DNA of 64,000 nt from Desulfatiglandales bacterium (GTDB taxonomy: Bacteria; Desulfobacterota; DSM-4660; Desulfatiglandales; HGW-15), in contig CAXXJJ010000004.1 in NCBI GenBank assembly GCA_963667015.2, forward strand, positions 3,616,001-3,680,000. Direction: 5' to 3'. The position numbers were made by a program, and so were the translations under genes. Each line of letters opens with the position of its first letter. The first letter of the stretch is position 1. The notes beneath the pieces are model-generated. The model searched no databases. It was not told the DNA's origin and worked only from the letters and a program-made list of their open reading frames with translations. Positions 20,131 to 30,306 of this stretch are shown piece by piece.

Positions 20131-20454
20131 ATGACAGACAGAAAAACCCCGGTTATAAACGACAATATTGAACAAAGCCAGTTCGGCCTTCTTACACCTG
20201 ATGGAGATATACATGAATTCAAGCGTGGAATAGAAAGGATAATTAAGGATAGCCCTGTACCGGTTATACCAACCGCACTGCGTGGTTTATGGGGCAGTTT
20301 TTTCAGCCGGAAAGACAATAAGGCTATGAGACGACTTCCCCGGGGATTCCGGTCAAAAATAGAATTTGTTGTCGGAGAACCGATGGATCCTGATTCTGTT
20401 ACAGCGGAAAAACTTGAGGAAACAGTAAAAAAGCTCAGAAGCAATAAACCTTAA
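20131..20454 (+). pseudogene. C-terminal fragment of an MFS/PlsC-type acyltransferase
   Basis: GLLTPDG..FKRGIE..VPVIPTALRGLWGSFFSR..GEP; the catalytic HxxxxD region is absent. Confidence 0.7.
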
Positions 20455-20486
20455 TCTATTACAACTATAAGATATAAGGAGGAATT

Positions 20487-20962
20487 ATGGGAACAATAGC
20501 AAAAAACAGTTACAACGAAAGACCCTGGCTAGACAATTATGAAAGCGGCGTTCCATACCAAATTTCATTCGAAAAGAAACTGCTTCCGGATTTTCTGGAA
20601 AGAAGTGCAAAACTTTTTCCGGATATGAATGCGCTGAATTTTGAAGGTTATCGAGTTACCTATAAAGAGCTCCATTCTATGGTCGAAAGATTCAGCGCAC
20701 ACCTCTATTCCTTATGAAGGGATATCGGGGCAGACCTGATGAAACAGAGAAAACAGTCAGAGACGGCTGGCTTCACACCGGAGATGTCGCAAGGATGGAT
20801 GAGGACGGATATTTCTATATCGTTGACCGCATAAAAGAACTTATCATATCCGGGGGATACAATGTCTACCCGAGGGATATAGAAGAGGTTGTCTACTCTC
20901 ACCCGGATATACTGGAAGCGGCTGTAATAGGTATTCCGCATCCCAATCGTGGAGAAGCGGTT
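20487..20962 (+). pseudogene. fadD: Long-chain acyl-CoA ligase with a large internal deletion and 3' truncation
   Basis: N-terminal PWLDNYESGVP..TYKEL joined out of frame to [45 protein letters not shown]. Confidence 0.85.
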
Positions 20963-22607
20963 AATTTGAATCTATTATGGCTCTCACCTTCTGTGACAGT
21001 TTTCCAAATTTATAAGGTTTCTGGATGAAGCCATTGGACCCCAGATTAAGTATTTCAGAAGACCCATCCTCCAGATTATAGCCACTTGAAAAAAGCACCT
21101 TTATATCAGGATTTATTTCCTTTAAATGTTTATATGTCTCAGCGCCGCCCATTACCGGCATGATCATATCCAGAATTACAATATCAATTTTATTATTTTT
21201 CAATTCATAAAGTTGTATTGCCTCCATGCCGCTCTCTGCGACTATAACCTGATATCCCAGTCTTTCAAGCAGTGCTTTTCCGATATCAATTATCATTGGC
21301 TCATCATCAACTAATAAAATCGTCTCTGACCCCGGTAATATTTCTTCTGTAATTTCTATTGACTTTGGAACTTCTTTTATAGATGCCGGCAGATATATAT
21401 TGAAGGTGGTTCCTTCTCCTTTTTTTGAATTAACATTAATTATTCCACTGTGATTTTTTATAATTCCGTATACCGAAGCAAGTCCAAGACCTGTGCCTCT
21501 TCCCATTCCTTTTGTTGTAAAAAATGGATCAAATATCTTCTCTTTTGTTGCTTCATCCATGCCAATGCCGGTATCGCTGACCGAGATTTTAACATAATCA
21601 CCGGGAGAAATAGAAAATGCTCTCACATAATCTTTATCCAGTTCTGTATTTTCGCTGGTAATATTAATTTCTCCTCCAGACGACATCGCATGCCAGGCAT
21701 TGATGAAAAGATTCAGAAATACCTGCTCCATCTGATTTCTGTCAATTTCTACTATGGAAAGATCCGGTTGGAGTTTAAAAATAATTTTTATATCCTTTTT
21801 AGTCCGGCCGAACATATTAGAGGACTGTTTGATAAGATCATTCAGATCAGTGGGCTTTACTTCGTACTTTCCTTTTCTGGCAAAGGCCAAAAGCTGGCTG
21901 GTAAGATCGCTAGCGCTTTTGACATGTTCTTCAATCTCCGCGAGATGTTCAAAAAAAGGATGAGATGAATCAACATCCATTATCATAAGGGAAGTCCTAC
22001 CCTGAATACCCATAAGAAGATTATTGAAATCATGTGCTATTCCCCCTGCGAGGGTTCCTATGGATTCCATCTTGATTGCCTGGCGCAGGTCAGATTCCAT
22101 TTTTTCCCGTTCTGTCACATCTCTTGCTGCTCCTGCGATTGCAACTACATTCCCTTTTTCATCTTTAATCGGCGATTCATCAATTTCGACTAAAATATTT
22201 TGTCCTTCCTTTTTTCTGCATTCGAGAATATATGATTTTTGCTTTTGGCCTGTTTTTATTGCTTCTTCGGTCAAATCAAATCCGATTTTATTATTCGGGT
22301 TATCTGTTACAAATTCGGTCCATTTGATCATCATTTCATCTGCTGTATAACCAAACAGGTCAACGGACTGCGGGCTTACATAGATAAATTTATTCTCTGT
22401 ATCGTGCAGGTAGAACATCTCTCTGCTGTGCTCTATTATATTTCGAAGTTTTTCCTCATTTTCCCGCAGGTTATTCTCAACTTCTCTTATCCTGTTTACA
22501 AGCCTTGAGAGTTCCTGTGTCTCTCTTAGAAAAAGATCCCCGGTTCTTTTCGCAATTTTTTTATAAAATTCAGCCTCTCTCCTGGCCTCTTCCAGTTCCG
22601 ATCCCAT
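20961..22607 (-). CDS. PAS hybrid sensor kinase / receiver protein
   Basis: [28 protein letters not shown]-terminal receiver. Confidence 0.92.
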   Translation of the reverse strand: MGSELEEARREAEFYKKIAKRTGDLFLRETQELSRLVNRIREVENNLRENEEKLRNIIEHSREMFYLHDTENKFIYVSPQSVDLFGYTADEMMIKWTEFVTDNPNNKIGFDLTEEAIKTGQKQKSYILECRKKEGQNILVEIDESPIKDEKGNVVAIAGAARDVTEREKMESDLRQAIKMESIGTLAGGIAHDFNNLLMGIQGRTSLMIMDVDSSHPFFEHLAEIEEHVKSASDLTSQLLAFARKGKYEVKPTDLNDLIKQSSNMFGRTKKDIKIIFKLQPDLSIVEIDRNQMEQVFLNLFINAWHAMSSGGEINITSENTELDKDYVRAFSISPGDYVKISVSDTGIGMDEATKEKIFDPFFTTKGMGRGTGLGLASVYGIIKNHSGIINVNSKKGEGTTFNIYLPASIKEVPKSIEITEEILPGSETILLVDDEPMIIDIGKALLERLGYQVIVAESGMEAIQLYELKNNKIDIVILDMIMPVMGGAETYKHLKEINPDIKVLFSSGYNLEDGSSEILNLGSNGFIQKPYKFGKLSQKVRAIIDSN

Positions 22608-22637
22608 TTTATTTCCTGATAAAATTATATAAAAATA

Positions 22638-23861
22638 TTATATTTCAGCAAAAGTAAGTAGAACTCCCGTCCAGTCAAGCCCCCGGCTTTTACCCTGGAC
22701 CGGGGCTATTTCCACTCCTGAGTAAAAACCCAGCAGGGGAACATTGTATTGATTACAAATATTCTGCACTTCAGCCGCCTCTTCAAGAAGGGTTTCTGAA
22801 AGGGCGGATGTCCTTCCTGCACAATCTATATAAAGACTAAAGACTGGCTTCTCACCATTTGAAATGATTTCAGCAAACAATGCGCTTGTATTTTTTTTAA
22901 CAGAATCAATCATCATTGAACCGTTTCGCAGCATAAAAAGGACTTCATCACCTTCTTCAATATCCGGTTCAAACAGCAATATCCCTTTTTTATCAGGCAG
23001 CGCACCTGAAATTAACCTGTTAACAAGGTTTGTTTCTAAAAAGTCATCAAACTTATTTCTATGGTTTATCGCAAGTGTAAGCCGGTTAACAGGCTGCTGC
23101 TTCTGCCATTCTTCATTTCCGTATTGCTCATCAATCACTTCAACAATAGGGCGGCCATCAAGTTCATAGATCTCGGCCCCTTCAGCCTTTGTAACCCGGT
23201 GATATATTCCGTCCTTTGGAATGCAGCCATGCATTATCCTGTAATAGTGTTTAAATCCGCCGTTAAGCAGCATCCCGACGACGCTCTGCCTGGCAACATA
23301 TGACCCGCAAAACTGCCATGTGTCATTAAATCCGAAATCTCCAAAGGTTCCACCCCCTATTATTGGGACATTCGGGCAAAGTTTTTCTTCAATCCCTTCT
23401 ATTAATGGAGGAGAGGCATTAATCAAAGGAGGGCTTGTGTCTGTTGGAGCCTTTTTTATGGAATCGTAAAACAGCAGTAAAAGTTTTCCCTCCGGACTTT
23501 GTGATAATTTTTCGCCCAGCTTTTGACCGGCTATTTTCTCGTTTTTATCAAGATCACCAGCTGCCCCCAGGCTGATATGAAGGTCCCCGTCCTCTATTAT
23601 TGCAGCTCCGGCAGGTGAATCACTGTATGATAGATTTTTATTAGTAATAACACCAACTGCCGAGCCCCCGACAATCGGAACATCTTCTCCAACTATTGAT
23701 TTAAGGCCATTGAAATATTCATTATGATCCATATCACCGCCGCAAAAGGCAATGACCAGGCCGGGTTTTTCTATTTTTCCATCTTTGATTGCATTTTCCG
23801 CAATTGTCTTTCCTGATAAAAAGCCATCTGCTTCATTAAAATAACTTATTCCAACCTTCAT
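22638..23861 (-). CDS. FIST N/C-domain sensory protein
   Basis: PIVGGSA, IIGGG, IYELDGRP, CAGR, GFYSGVEIAP. Confidence 0.85.
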   Translation of the reverse strand: MKVGISYFNEADGFLSGKTIAENAIKDGKIEKPGLVIAFCGGDMDHNEYFNGLKSIVGEDVPIVGGSAVGVITNKNLSYSDSPAGAAIIEDGDLHISLGAAGDLDKNEKIAGQKLGEKLSQSPEGKLLLLFYDSIKKAPTDTSPPLINASPPLIEGIEEKLCPNVPIIGGGTFGDFGFNDTWQFCGSYVARQSVVGMLLNGGFKHYYRIMHGCIPKDGIYHRVTKAEGAEIYELDGRPIVEVIDEQYGNEEWQKQQPVNRLTLAINHRNKFDDFLETNLVNRLISGALPDKKGILLFEPDIEEGDEVLFMLRNGSMMIDSVKKNTSALFAEIISNGEKPVFSLYIDCAGRTSALSETLLEEAAEVQNICNQYNVPLLGFYSGVEIAPVQGKSRGLDWTGVLLTFAEI

Positions 23862-24026
23862 TTTCTTTATCCTGTTATTTCTGAACCAATGAATGAAACT
23901 TATCCAACAATCTGTTTATAAACACCTGTATATTAATACTACCATTTAATTAATTACCAATTATCAGAATTATTTGAAGCATTCAATAAGTTATATTGAT
24001 ATTATTTGAAAGGAATGAAACAACTA

Positions 24027-24038
24027 GTTACATGTAAC
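24027..24038. promoter_or_regulatory. Perfect palindrome GTTACATGTAAC, copy 1 (upstream of the FIST gene)
   Basis: Identical to the copies at 24378 and 24415. Confidence 0.65.
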
Positions 24039-24082
24039 GATACGTGATCATAAACAATAAAATCGGCAATGATATTAACAGT

Positions 24083-24349
24083 CTAATTTTTATGATATTT
24101 TTCTTTATATTCAGAAAGAACTTTTATTAAAAAAATATTATCCAGCTCATAAAGGGCCTTTTTAGTTAAAAACAAACCAAAATCAATGATCTCTCCATTT
24201 GTATAGCTTTGATTTTTTGCCAGCACTTTTTTCAAGACTTCAATCATCTCTACCGACTCTCTGCTTACTATTACCTGTAAGACCTTATTTCCCTTTGCTT
24301 TCTGGTTTTCTCTGTATTTCTTAATCCTGTCTTTTCCTGATATTCCCAC
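24083..24349 (-). CDS. Small basic putative DNA-binding protein (ribbon-helix-helix-like)
   Basis: RIKKYRENQKAKGNKVLQVIVS (basic helix and strand) followed by helices; flanked by operator-like palindromes. Confidence 0.55.
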   Translation of the reverse strand: MGISGKDRIKKYRENQKAKGNKVLQVIVSRESVEMIEVLKKVLAKNQSYTNGEIIDFGLFLTKKALYELDNIFLIKVLSEYKEKYHKN

Positions 24350-24377
24350 AAGTTATCCACACTTTAAAATTTATTTA

Positions 24378-24428
24378 GTTACATGTAACCAAGAAATAGG
24401 TTCATTGTCCGCATGTTACATGTAACAT
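24378..24428. promoter_or_regulatory. Two GTTACATGTAAC palindromes upstream of the small gene
   Basis: 24378-24389, and the 16-bp ATGTTACATGTAACAT at 24413-24428. Confidence 0.65.
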
Positions 24429-24450
24429 TTACCGATTTTACTTTCATAAG

Positions 24451-25182
24451 TCAATTGTTTTTTCCAAATACCCCATTCTCAATAAAGTATATTACCTGAT
24501 TTATAATATCTTCATCATTCATGATAAAAGGATGTGCTTTATGCACAACCAGAAAATCCTTCATACCCATTAGCCTTGCTCTTTCCACAGACACCTTGCC
24601 ATCGTCTTCTCCGGGTATAAGCAGAGACAGAATAGGGTTTATAGTTTTATCCCCTGTTATTATACCTACCTCATAATCAGGTGGCCCTATTTTATTTGGA
24701 AGGCTTTCATTATCAGTTCCCAGTTGCCCGCCGGCCGGGCCACCTATCCACCTGAACAGAGATAAATCTTTAAGTTTATCCACCGCTTCACTTCCCTGAT
24801 TGGGTGGGCTCAACATTACCACCCTGCCGAGGTTGACTATTTTATTTGCATCAAGATAATACCTGACAAGAATTCCCCCCATGGAGTGAGTAACAAAATG
24901 TATTTTGGAATCATTTACTTTATTGCATTGATTGATCGCCTGGCCTACCGCCTCCTCTGATAATGTTTGAATGTTTTTTTTACGAGAAGGATACCCGATA
25001 TTTACAACATGAAACCCTTGATTCATAAGATAGAGCTCCATTTTCAGCATGGAATTTTCTGTCTTGGCCAGGCCATGGAGTAATATTACACATTCGGTTT
25101 CTTCACCTGCCATTCCGGCACGGGTACAGAATAACAGGAGAAAGGCAACAATACTGACAGATTTACAGAAAAATTTATTCAT
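24451..25182 (-). CDS. Secreted alpha/beta hydrolase (lipase/esterase family)
   Basis: Signal peptide, LLHGL, THSMGG, PPNQGS, DGKV, HPF. Confidence 0.85.
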   Translation of the reverse strand: MNKFFCKSVSIVAFLLLFCTRAGMAGEETECVILLHGLAKTENSMLKMELYLMNQGFHVVNIGYPSRKKNIQTLSEEAVGQAINQCNKVNDSKIHFVTHSMGGILVRYYLDANKIVNLGRVVMLSPPNQGSEAVDKLKDLSLFRWIGGPAGGQLGTDNESLPNKIGPPDYEVGIITGDKTINPILSLLIPGEDDGKVSVERARLMGMKDFLVVHKAHPFIMNDEDIINQVIYFIENGVFGKNN

Positions 25183-25229
25183 ATTTTTATAACTATCCTT
25201 TTTAATAATGAATTGATAAAAAAAATAAA

Positions 25230-25245
25230 AGCAAATGAGATGCCA
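25230..25245 (-). promoter_or_regulatory. Sigma54 (-24/-12) promoter of the hydrolase gene
   Basis: TGGCATCTCATTTGCT, GG-N10-GC. Confidence 0.65.
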
Positions 25246-25521
25246 AAAGCAGTAATAATTATAAACACCTGATTATACGGGAATTACAACATATGAGTTA
25301 TAGGCCTTATCACGTATAAAAGCTTATTTAATGCCATATTTGCAGATGGGCCATCCATAAAATGTATATACTTTTTTACTTTTAAATATATTGTTGCCTG
25401 CAGAATAAAAGAAATGTATTAAAATATATATTAATCAATTTTTTTTTATTATTTATCAATACGCATCTTTCATAGCAGCATCACATTAAAAATAAATAAT
25501 ATACCCTGACTGATACTTATT

Positions 25522-26496
25522 TTGATTAGTTATTTGGCGGTTGACCGGCTCATGCAGAACAAAAATAAAGATGACAGGTTTATAAAGGCAAGAAAATCTC
25601 AGCTTAACTGGTACAGAGATGTTCCGCTTTACTCACAGGCAGATGAATCAAAATTTGTATTATACAAACCTTCCGGTATCACTCTGAGTGAAATGCGGAC
25701 GACGACGGGATTGCACCCGGACATTCTCTATATTAAAACTGATGACAAGATAAAAGGGCTTCAGGAGGCACAAAAGGCCTTCAATAAACAATTGGAAAAA
25801 GATATAAAAACCGGAAAGCCAGATAAGATTAAAGAAACCCTGATAACAATTGTTGGAGAAACCTTTTTAGAACCAAGAAGTGGAAGCCTGGAAGGGGTAT
25901 CAAACTCTGTAGGTATTTTAATCAGCGACTATTCAAAAAAAAACAATATAGTAAAGAAATTAATAGAGATATCTACTTCTGACTATACTACTGTTCTCCA
26001 TTCCATCAATGTAATGACCTTCTCATTGGCCTTTGCATTATATATGGATTTTTCCCCCTCTGAGATAAAGAATCTTGGCCTTGCCGCCCTGTTACATGAT
26101 GTTGGAAAAACAAAAATACCAACTGACATTCTTACTGCACCAAGAAAACTGACCGAGGAAGAATATAGTATTATAAAAACCCACACAACCCTGGGGTGCA
26201 GAATATTAATCAAATGTAAATTTGGATCAGACGAAATAAGTACAGTAGCACAGGACCATCATGAAAGAATAGATGGAAGCGGCTATCCCGAAGGGAAAAA
26301 GAACCTGTCAAAAGCAACTCAGATCATAGGCCTGATTGACTGCTATGAGGCATTAACTACGGATGACAGGCCATATAGGAACGCAATAGGGGGATTCGAC
26401 TCATTTAACCGGGTTCTGAAGGATGAAATAATAAACGGCAAATTTGATATGGATTTGTGCACCCTTTTTATTAAAAGTATAGGGGGTAAAATTTAA
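25522..26496 (+). CDS. HD-GYP cyclic dinucleotide phosphodiesterase
   Basis: HSINV, LHDVGK, HHERIDGSGYP, DRPYR; true start may be the ATG at 25552. Confidence 0.88.
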   Translation: MISYLAVDRLMQNKNKDDRFIKARKSQLNWYRDVPLYSQADESKFVLYKPSGITLSEMRTTTGLHPDILYIKTDDKIKGLQEAQKAFNKQLEKDIKTGKPDKIKETLITIVGETFLEPRSGSLEGVSNSVGILISDYSKKNNIVKKLIEISTSDYTTVLHSINVMTFSLAFALYMDFSPSEIKNLGLAALLHDVGKTKIPTDILTAPRKLTEEEYSIIKTHTTLGCRILIKCKFGSDEISTVAQDHHERIDGSGYPEGKKNLSKATQIIGLIDCYEALTTDDRPYRNAIGGFDSFNRVLKDEIINGKFDMDLCTLFIKSIGGKI

Positions 26497-26580
26497 CCAG
26501 TTAATGATCATCTCTCCAGAAACCATACTGCATAGTTAGCTATAGATAACATTTCTTCAAACTTCCGGGTAACAGTTATT

Positions 26581-26967
26581 TTATAAAAACTCCACTTTCT
26601 TTACAGATGATGATACGACATATATACGTTCATTATTACCGCTTAAATCCGCAGGGGTCATGAAAAATCCCTGGCGCCCGGGTGAATAACTGAGTGCATA
26701 GCCTATTATCCTCTCGCCATCTTCAAAATCTACACCGACTTTTTTGCCGCCGCCTGGAACAATATCATCGTAGGCATATTTGTGATCACTGTTTCCTTCA
26801 AGATCTTTGACAAAAAAAATCGCCTTTGTATCATCTACATTGATCTCCTGAACGTTGCCGTCTCTGTCTCTCAAATGAAACGTTGCTTTGTTAGGCAAAA
26901 AGTCATTTGTGTTTCCCTTTAACATATTTCCATCTTTTGAATTTACAACAATCTGATTTATGGGCAT
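26581..26967 (-). CDS. Conserved two-repeat beta protein (DUF6982-like)
   Basis: KGxTxDFxP, KAIFFVKD, FxDGExIxG, GFFMxPAD, NNER motifs. Confidence 0.65.
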   Translation of the reverse strand: MPINQIVVNSKDGNMLKGNTNDFLPNKATFHLRDRDGNVQEINVDDTKAIFFVKDLEGNSDHKYAYDDIVPGGGKKVGVDFEDGERIIGYALSYSPGRQGFFMTPADLSGNNERIYVVSSSVKKVEFL

Positions 26968-27296
26968 AACAGTATCCTTTCTAAGTGTTGGTTTATACCA
27001 ATGGCAGTAATCACACATTAGCCATAAATATTTTACAAAAAATTAGATTCGAACGGAGAGAAGAACACGAATTTTTATGTTCAGGCATATTATCATATTA
27101 TGCTGAATATTCAAGAGGGTGTCTTAGTGTATTAAACTAAACTCAGCTGACAGCTATTCCATAAAATAATTTTTTGACTACTTCCTATCCATAAATACAA
27201 ACCTGATTGCATACTAAATACCCATCAAATTCAATAAATCGGCATCAAAACTTAGTTATACTTGTCAATATATTACCAATGTAGTCTAAAATTATA

Positions 27297-27312
27297 TGGC
27301 AAATCCTTTGCA
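27297..27312 (+). promoter_or_regulatory. Sigma54 (-24/-12) promoter
   Basis: TGGCAAATCCTTTGCA about 75 nt upstream of the ATG at 27387. Confidence 0.6.
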
Positions 27313-27386
27313 ATAACCTATAACAAACAGTCGTATGTAACCAGCGGACAGCGACGTTATAAACATCAATCTTGATGGAGATACCT

Positions 27387-27617
27387 ATGAAAAATGAAAA
27401 AGATCAAGCCTCTAAAATTCAAACAGGACAAAATCAGATAGCCCAGATTCTCAAGGAATTCGAAATGGGTTGCGACGAAGCGATTATCAGAAGAGAAGGT
27501 AAGCGACTGATTCTAGAACCAAAAAAGCGATCTATGCCGATCCCGGAAGGAGAAAAGTCTTTTAAGCCCGATTTTCCGCATTTGGACATAACGCTATTTG
27601 GAGATTTCAGACTATAA
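27387..27617 (+). CDS. Orphan VapB/AbrB-like antitoxin-type protein
   Basis: Q..ILKEFE....DEAIIRREGKRLILEP; no PIN toxin follows. Confidence 0.55.
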   Translation: MKNEKDQASKIQTGQNQIAQILKEFEMGCDEAIIRREGKRLILEPKKRSMPIPEGEKSFKPDFPHLDITLFGDFRL

Positions 27618-27825
27618 ATGTCAGCCCTATATCTTCTTAAACTAGAGGATATCTTTTAACTTAAAAATCGAAAGTAATAGAGTTATAAACTTTTTCTTTT
27701 CAAGAACCTGTGTTTATTTAACTGGATACTTCTTATTCATTTAGTTTCGCCCCCCCTCCTGGAACTGAACCCGGATTATGCAGCAACTGATCACTGCAAA
27801 TTGGGGTTCAGTTCAAGTTCAACTT

Positions 27826-28035
27826 CTAATTCACATTAATCCTGGTTCCGTCAAATTCTACATTCTGACCTCTCCTGATCTTACATCTTTTACGGAGCTC
27901 AATTTGGTCATCCACCTTCACCAAACCTTCATCAATTATGACCTTTGCCATGCCGCCGGTTGCGCAAAGGCCTGTTACCTTTAAAAGTTTGTTCAATTCT
28001 ATATAGTCGTTTTCAAGTTTAAATTTTATTTCCAT
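27826..28035 (-). CDS. S4-domain RNA-binding protein (YbcJ/YaaA)
   Basis: YIELNKLLK..GGMAK..G.VKVD..E.RKRCKIR.G. Confidence 0.88.
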   Translation of the reverse strand: MEIKFKLENDYIELNKLLKVTGLCATGGMAKVIIDEGLVKVDDQIELRKRCKIRRGQNVEFDGTRINVN

Positions 28036-28063
28036 GTGGTTTAATATTCAGACTGGTAAAGTT

Positions 28064-28477
28064 TTAATTGAACCTTTTCTCCTGCCTGAGGAAGATGAAT
28101 TCTACTACTTCAATGTCGGGCGGCGGGAAATTATACTCTGACATATCACATGGTCTGACCCACTTCATGTCCTGCCCTTCCATGGGAGTCGGCGAACCAT
28201 TGACAAGGGAACATTCAAAGATATGAAGGTTTACTATTTTTGTTTCGTACTCATGGTTGACGGAAAGGAGATACTTTTCAGTCTTTATCTCTACGCCCAG
28301 TTCCTCCTTTATCTCCCGGACAATGCACTCTTCAAGAGTTTCTGCCTCCTCCATTTTGCCTCCGGGAAATTCCCACATCCCTTCAAGATGAGTCCCCTCC
28401 GGCCGCCTGGTTATAAGGACTTTATCATCCTGCCATATTATTGCAGCAGTAACCGTAATCTGTTTCTTGGATAGCAT
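28064..28477 (-). CDS. mutT: 8-oxo-dGTP diphosphatase (MutT/NudG-type Nudix)
   Basis: WEFPGGK..REIKEELG, FPPPD. Confidence 0.8.
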   Translation of the reverse strand: MLSKKQITVTAAIIWQDDKVLITRRPEGTHLEGMWEFPGGKMEEAETLEECIVREIKEELGVEIKTEKYLLSVNHEYETKIVNLHIFECSLVNGSPTPMEGQDMKWVRPCDMSEYNFPPPDIEVVEFIFLRQEKRFN

Positions 28478-28486
28478 AATCCTTAT

Positions 28487-30289
28487 TTATTCGCGCAATT
28501 CCAGACTTAACCGGAGATAGGATTCCTTGGCTTTTTCATTGCCAGGCGATAGGGCTAAAACCTTTTTATAAACATCCAGGGCATCTTTGGTACGATCAAG
28601 TTTTTCATAAAGGTCGGCGAGCAGCATAAGGGTTGGAACATCATCGGGTTTGCCTTTTAAATAGGTCTCCAACAGGGAAATTGCTTCCTTTTCTTTTCCG
28701 GTATTCAGGCTGGCTATTATCATATATTTGGTTATCTCACTGTCACCGGGATTTTTCTTGAGACCTTCTCTCATTATCTTTGACATTGTCTTGAAGTCTT
28801 TATTTTTATTCAGATAGTCAAAGATAAAGCCATAATATTTCATCTTTTTTGGATCTTTATCTATTATTTTAGATGCCTGCTCATAGGCTGATTTATCATC
28901 CTTCTCTTTTGTGTAAACATCGAAAAGGAATTCCCTTGCATCTGTATCACCGGGATTTGCCTTGAGATATTTAAGAAGGTAACTTTTAGCGCTTTTCGGA
29001 TTACCTGTCTCATATTCGAGCACGCCCAGGTTGAATATGACAGCCCTGTTGTCAGGGACAATAGACAGTATCTTCGTATAATATTCCTTGAGTTTCTTTT
29101 TATCTCCCTTTTTTTCTGCCATATCTGCCAGCAGGAGCCAAGCTTCTACTGATTTCGGCTTTATCTTCAAAACTGCATCAAGATGTGATTCCGCATCTTT
29201 ATATTCCTTCTTTTTAATAAGGCCTTCGGCTATTTTCAGGCGGCTTTCAATATCATCGGGCTTCCTGTCTATTGCCATGTTTAAATACTTATCCGCTTCC
29301 CCCTTATTCCCGATGCGCCCGTACAGTTCGGCCAGATTGTAATAGAGATTTACATCTTCCTTATCCAGTTCAAGGGCCTTTAAGTAATTCTTGACGGCAT
29401 TTTTTGGCCAGTCTTTCTTCGTATAAAGGAATCCGAGGGTTTTATAGACCCATACAAGATCTTCCTTCGGGGCCTCCTCCAGCAGGGCATTATATACATT
29501 TATTGCATCATCTATATTCCCTGAATTTTCATATGATTCGGCAAGCTTATATTTCAATGAAAGGTCATCCGGACTGAGCTTTAAGAGCCGGGTTACTGTA
29601 CTGGTAACCATTCTGCTGTTTTTCACCAGTTCATAAACCTTTAACAGTTTCAGGAGATATTCCTGCCCGGCAGGCCCTTCTGAATTTTTTTCCAGCAGCG
29701 CAGCCGCCTTATTCCATTCGGAAGCTGCAATATATTCATCAGCCAGCATGCCTATAATCTGTACATCATCAAATCCCTCATCCAATGCCCTTTCAAGCAC
29801 CTTTATTTTTTTATCGCTGTCAATGGTCCTTTTTGCCTTATCGATCCAGTCATCTATTTTGGGCTCAATAACCAGTTCAAACTTCCCCAGCTCCTCTGCC
29901 TCGCGTTTTACTTCAACCGTAATCACATGACGGTTGAGCAGGTCACTATCCGGCAGCATCTTTTCAATGGGTGTTTCCTCATATAAAAGGCCGTTGATAT
30001 CCAGGCCTGTTGATACAAGCCTGACACCATAATTGAAGTAAATATTGGTAGATAATTCCTGGATTTTACAACGATCTGACGGGTGGAGTTTAAAGGATTC
30101 CCCCTGAAGGATCTTCAGGGGTTCTCCATTTTTGGTCAAAACAACGTAATTAAACTTGATCTCTTCAGGGAAGACTCCTGTATAGAGGCGGTAGCCTCCA
30201 ACCAGGAGTGCCAGAGTAACCACTATTCCTGCAAGATAAAGAGTATTTCCTGAGCCGGTACGCGGCTTTTTTCTTTTCTTTCTTGCCAA
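28487..30289 (-). CDS. Membrane-anchored TPR protein
   Basis: N-terminal TM helix and many TPR repeats. Confidence 0.85.
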   Translation of the reverse strand: MARKKRKKPRTGSGNTLYLAGIVVTLALLVGGYRLYTGVFPEEIKFNYVVLTKNGEPLKILQGESFKLHPSDRCKIQELSTNIYFNYGVRLVSTGLDINGLLYEETPIEKMLPDSDLLNRHVITVEVKREAEELGKFELVIEPKIDDWIDKAKRTIDSDKKIKVLERALDEGFDDVQIIGMLADEYIAASEWNKAAALLEKNSEGPAGQEYLLKLLKVYELVKNSRMVTSTVTRLLKLSPDDLSLKYKLAESYENSGNIDDAINVYNALLEEAPKEDLVWVYKTLGFLYTKKDWPKNAVKNYLKALELDKEDVNLYYNLAELYGRIGNKGEADKYLNMAIDRKPDDIESRLKIAEGLIKKKEYKDAESHLDAVLKIKPKSVEAWLLLADMAEKKGDKKKLKEYYTKILSIVPDNRAVIFNLGVLEYETGNPKSAKSYLLKYLKANPGDTDAREFLFDVYTKEKDDKSAYEQASKIIDKDPKKMKYYGFIFDYLNKNKDFKTMSKIMREGLKKNPGDSEITKYMIIASLNTGKEKEAISLLETYLKGKPDDVPTLMLLADLYEKLDRTKDALDVYKKVLALSPGNEKAKESYLRLSLELRE

Positions 30290-30306
30290 AACTTTCCTTT
30301 AAAAAA

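Noticed and set aside
25322..25336. Second sigma54-like box on the minus strand (TGGCATTAAATAAGC)
   Set aside because: Poor -12 element, and a better box lies at 25230-25245.
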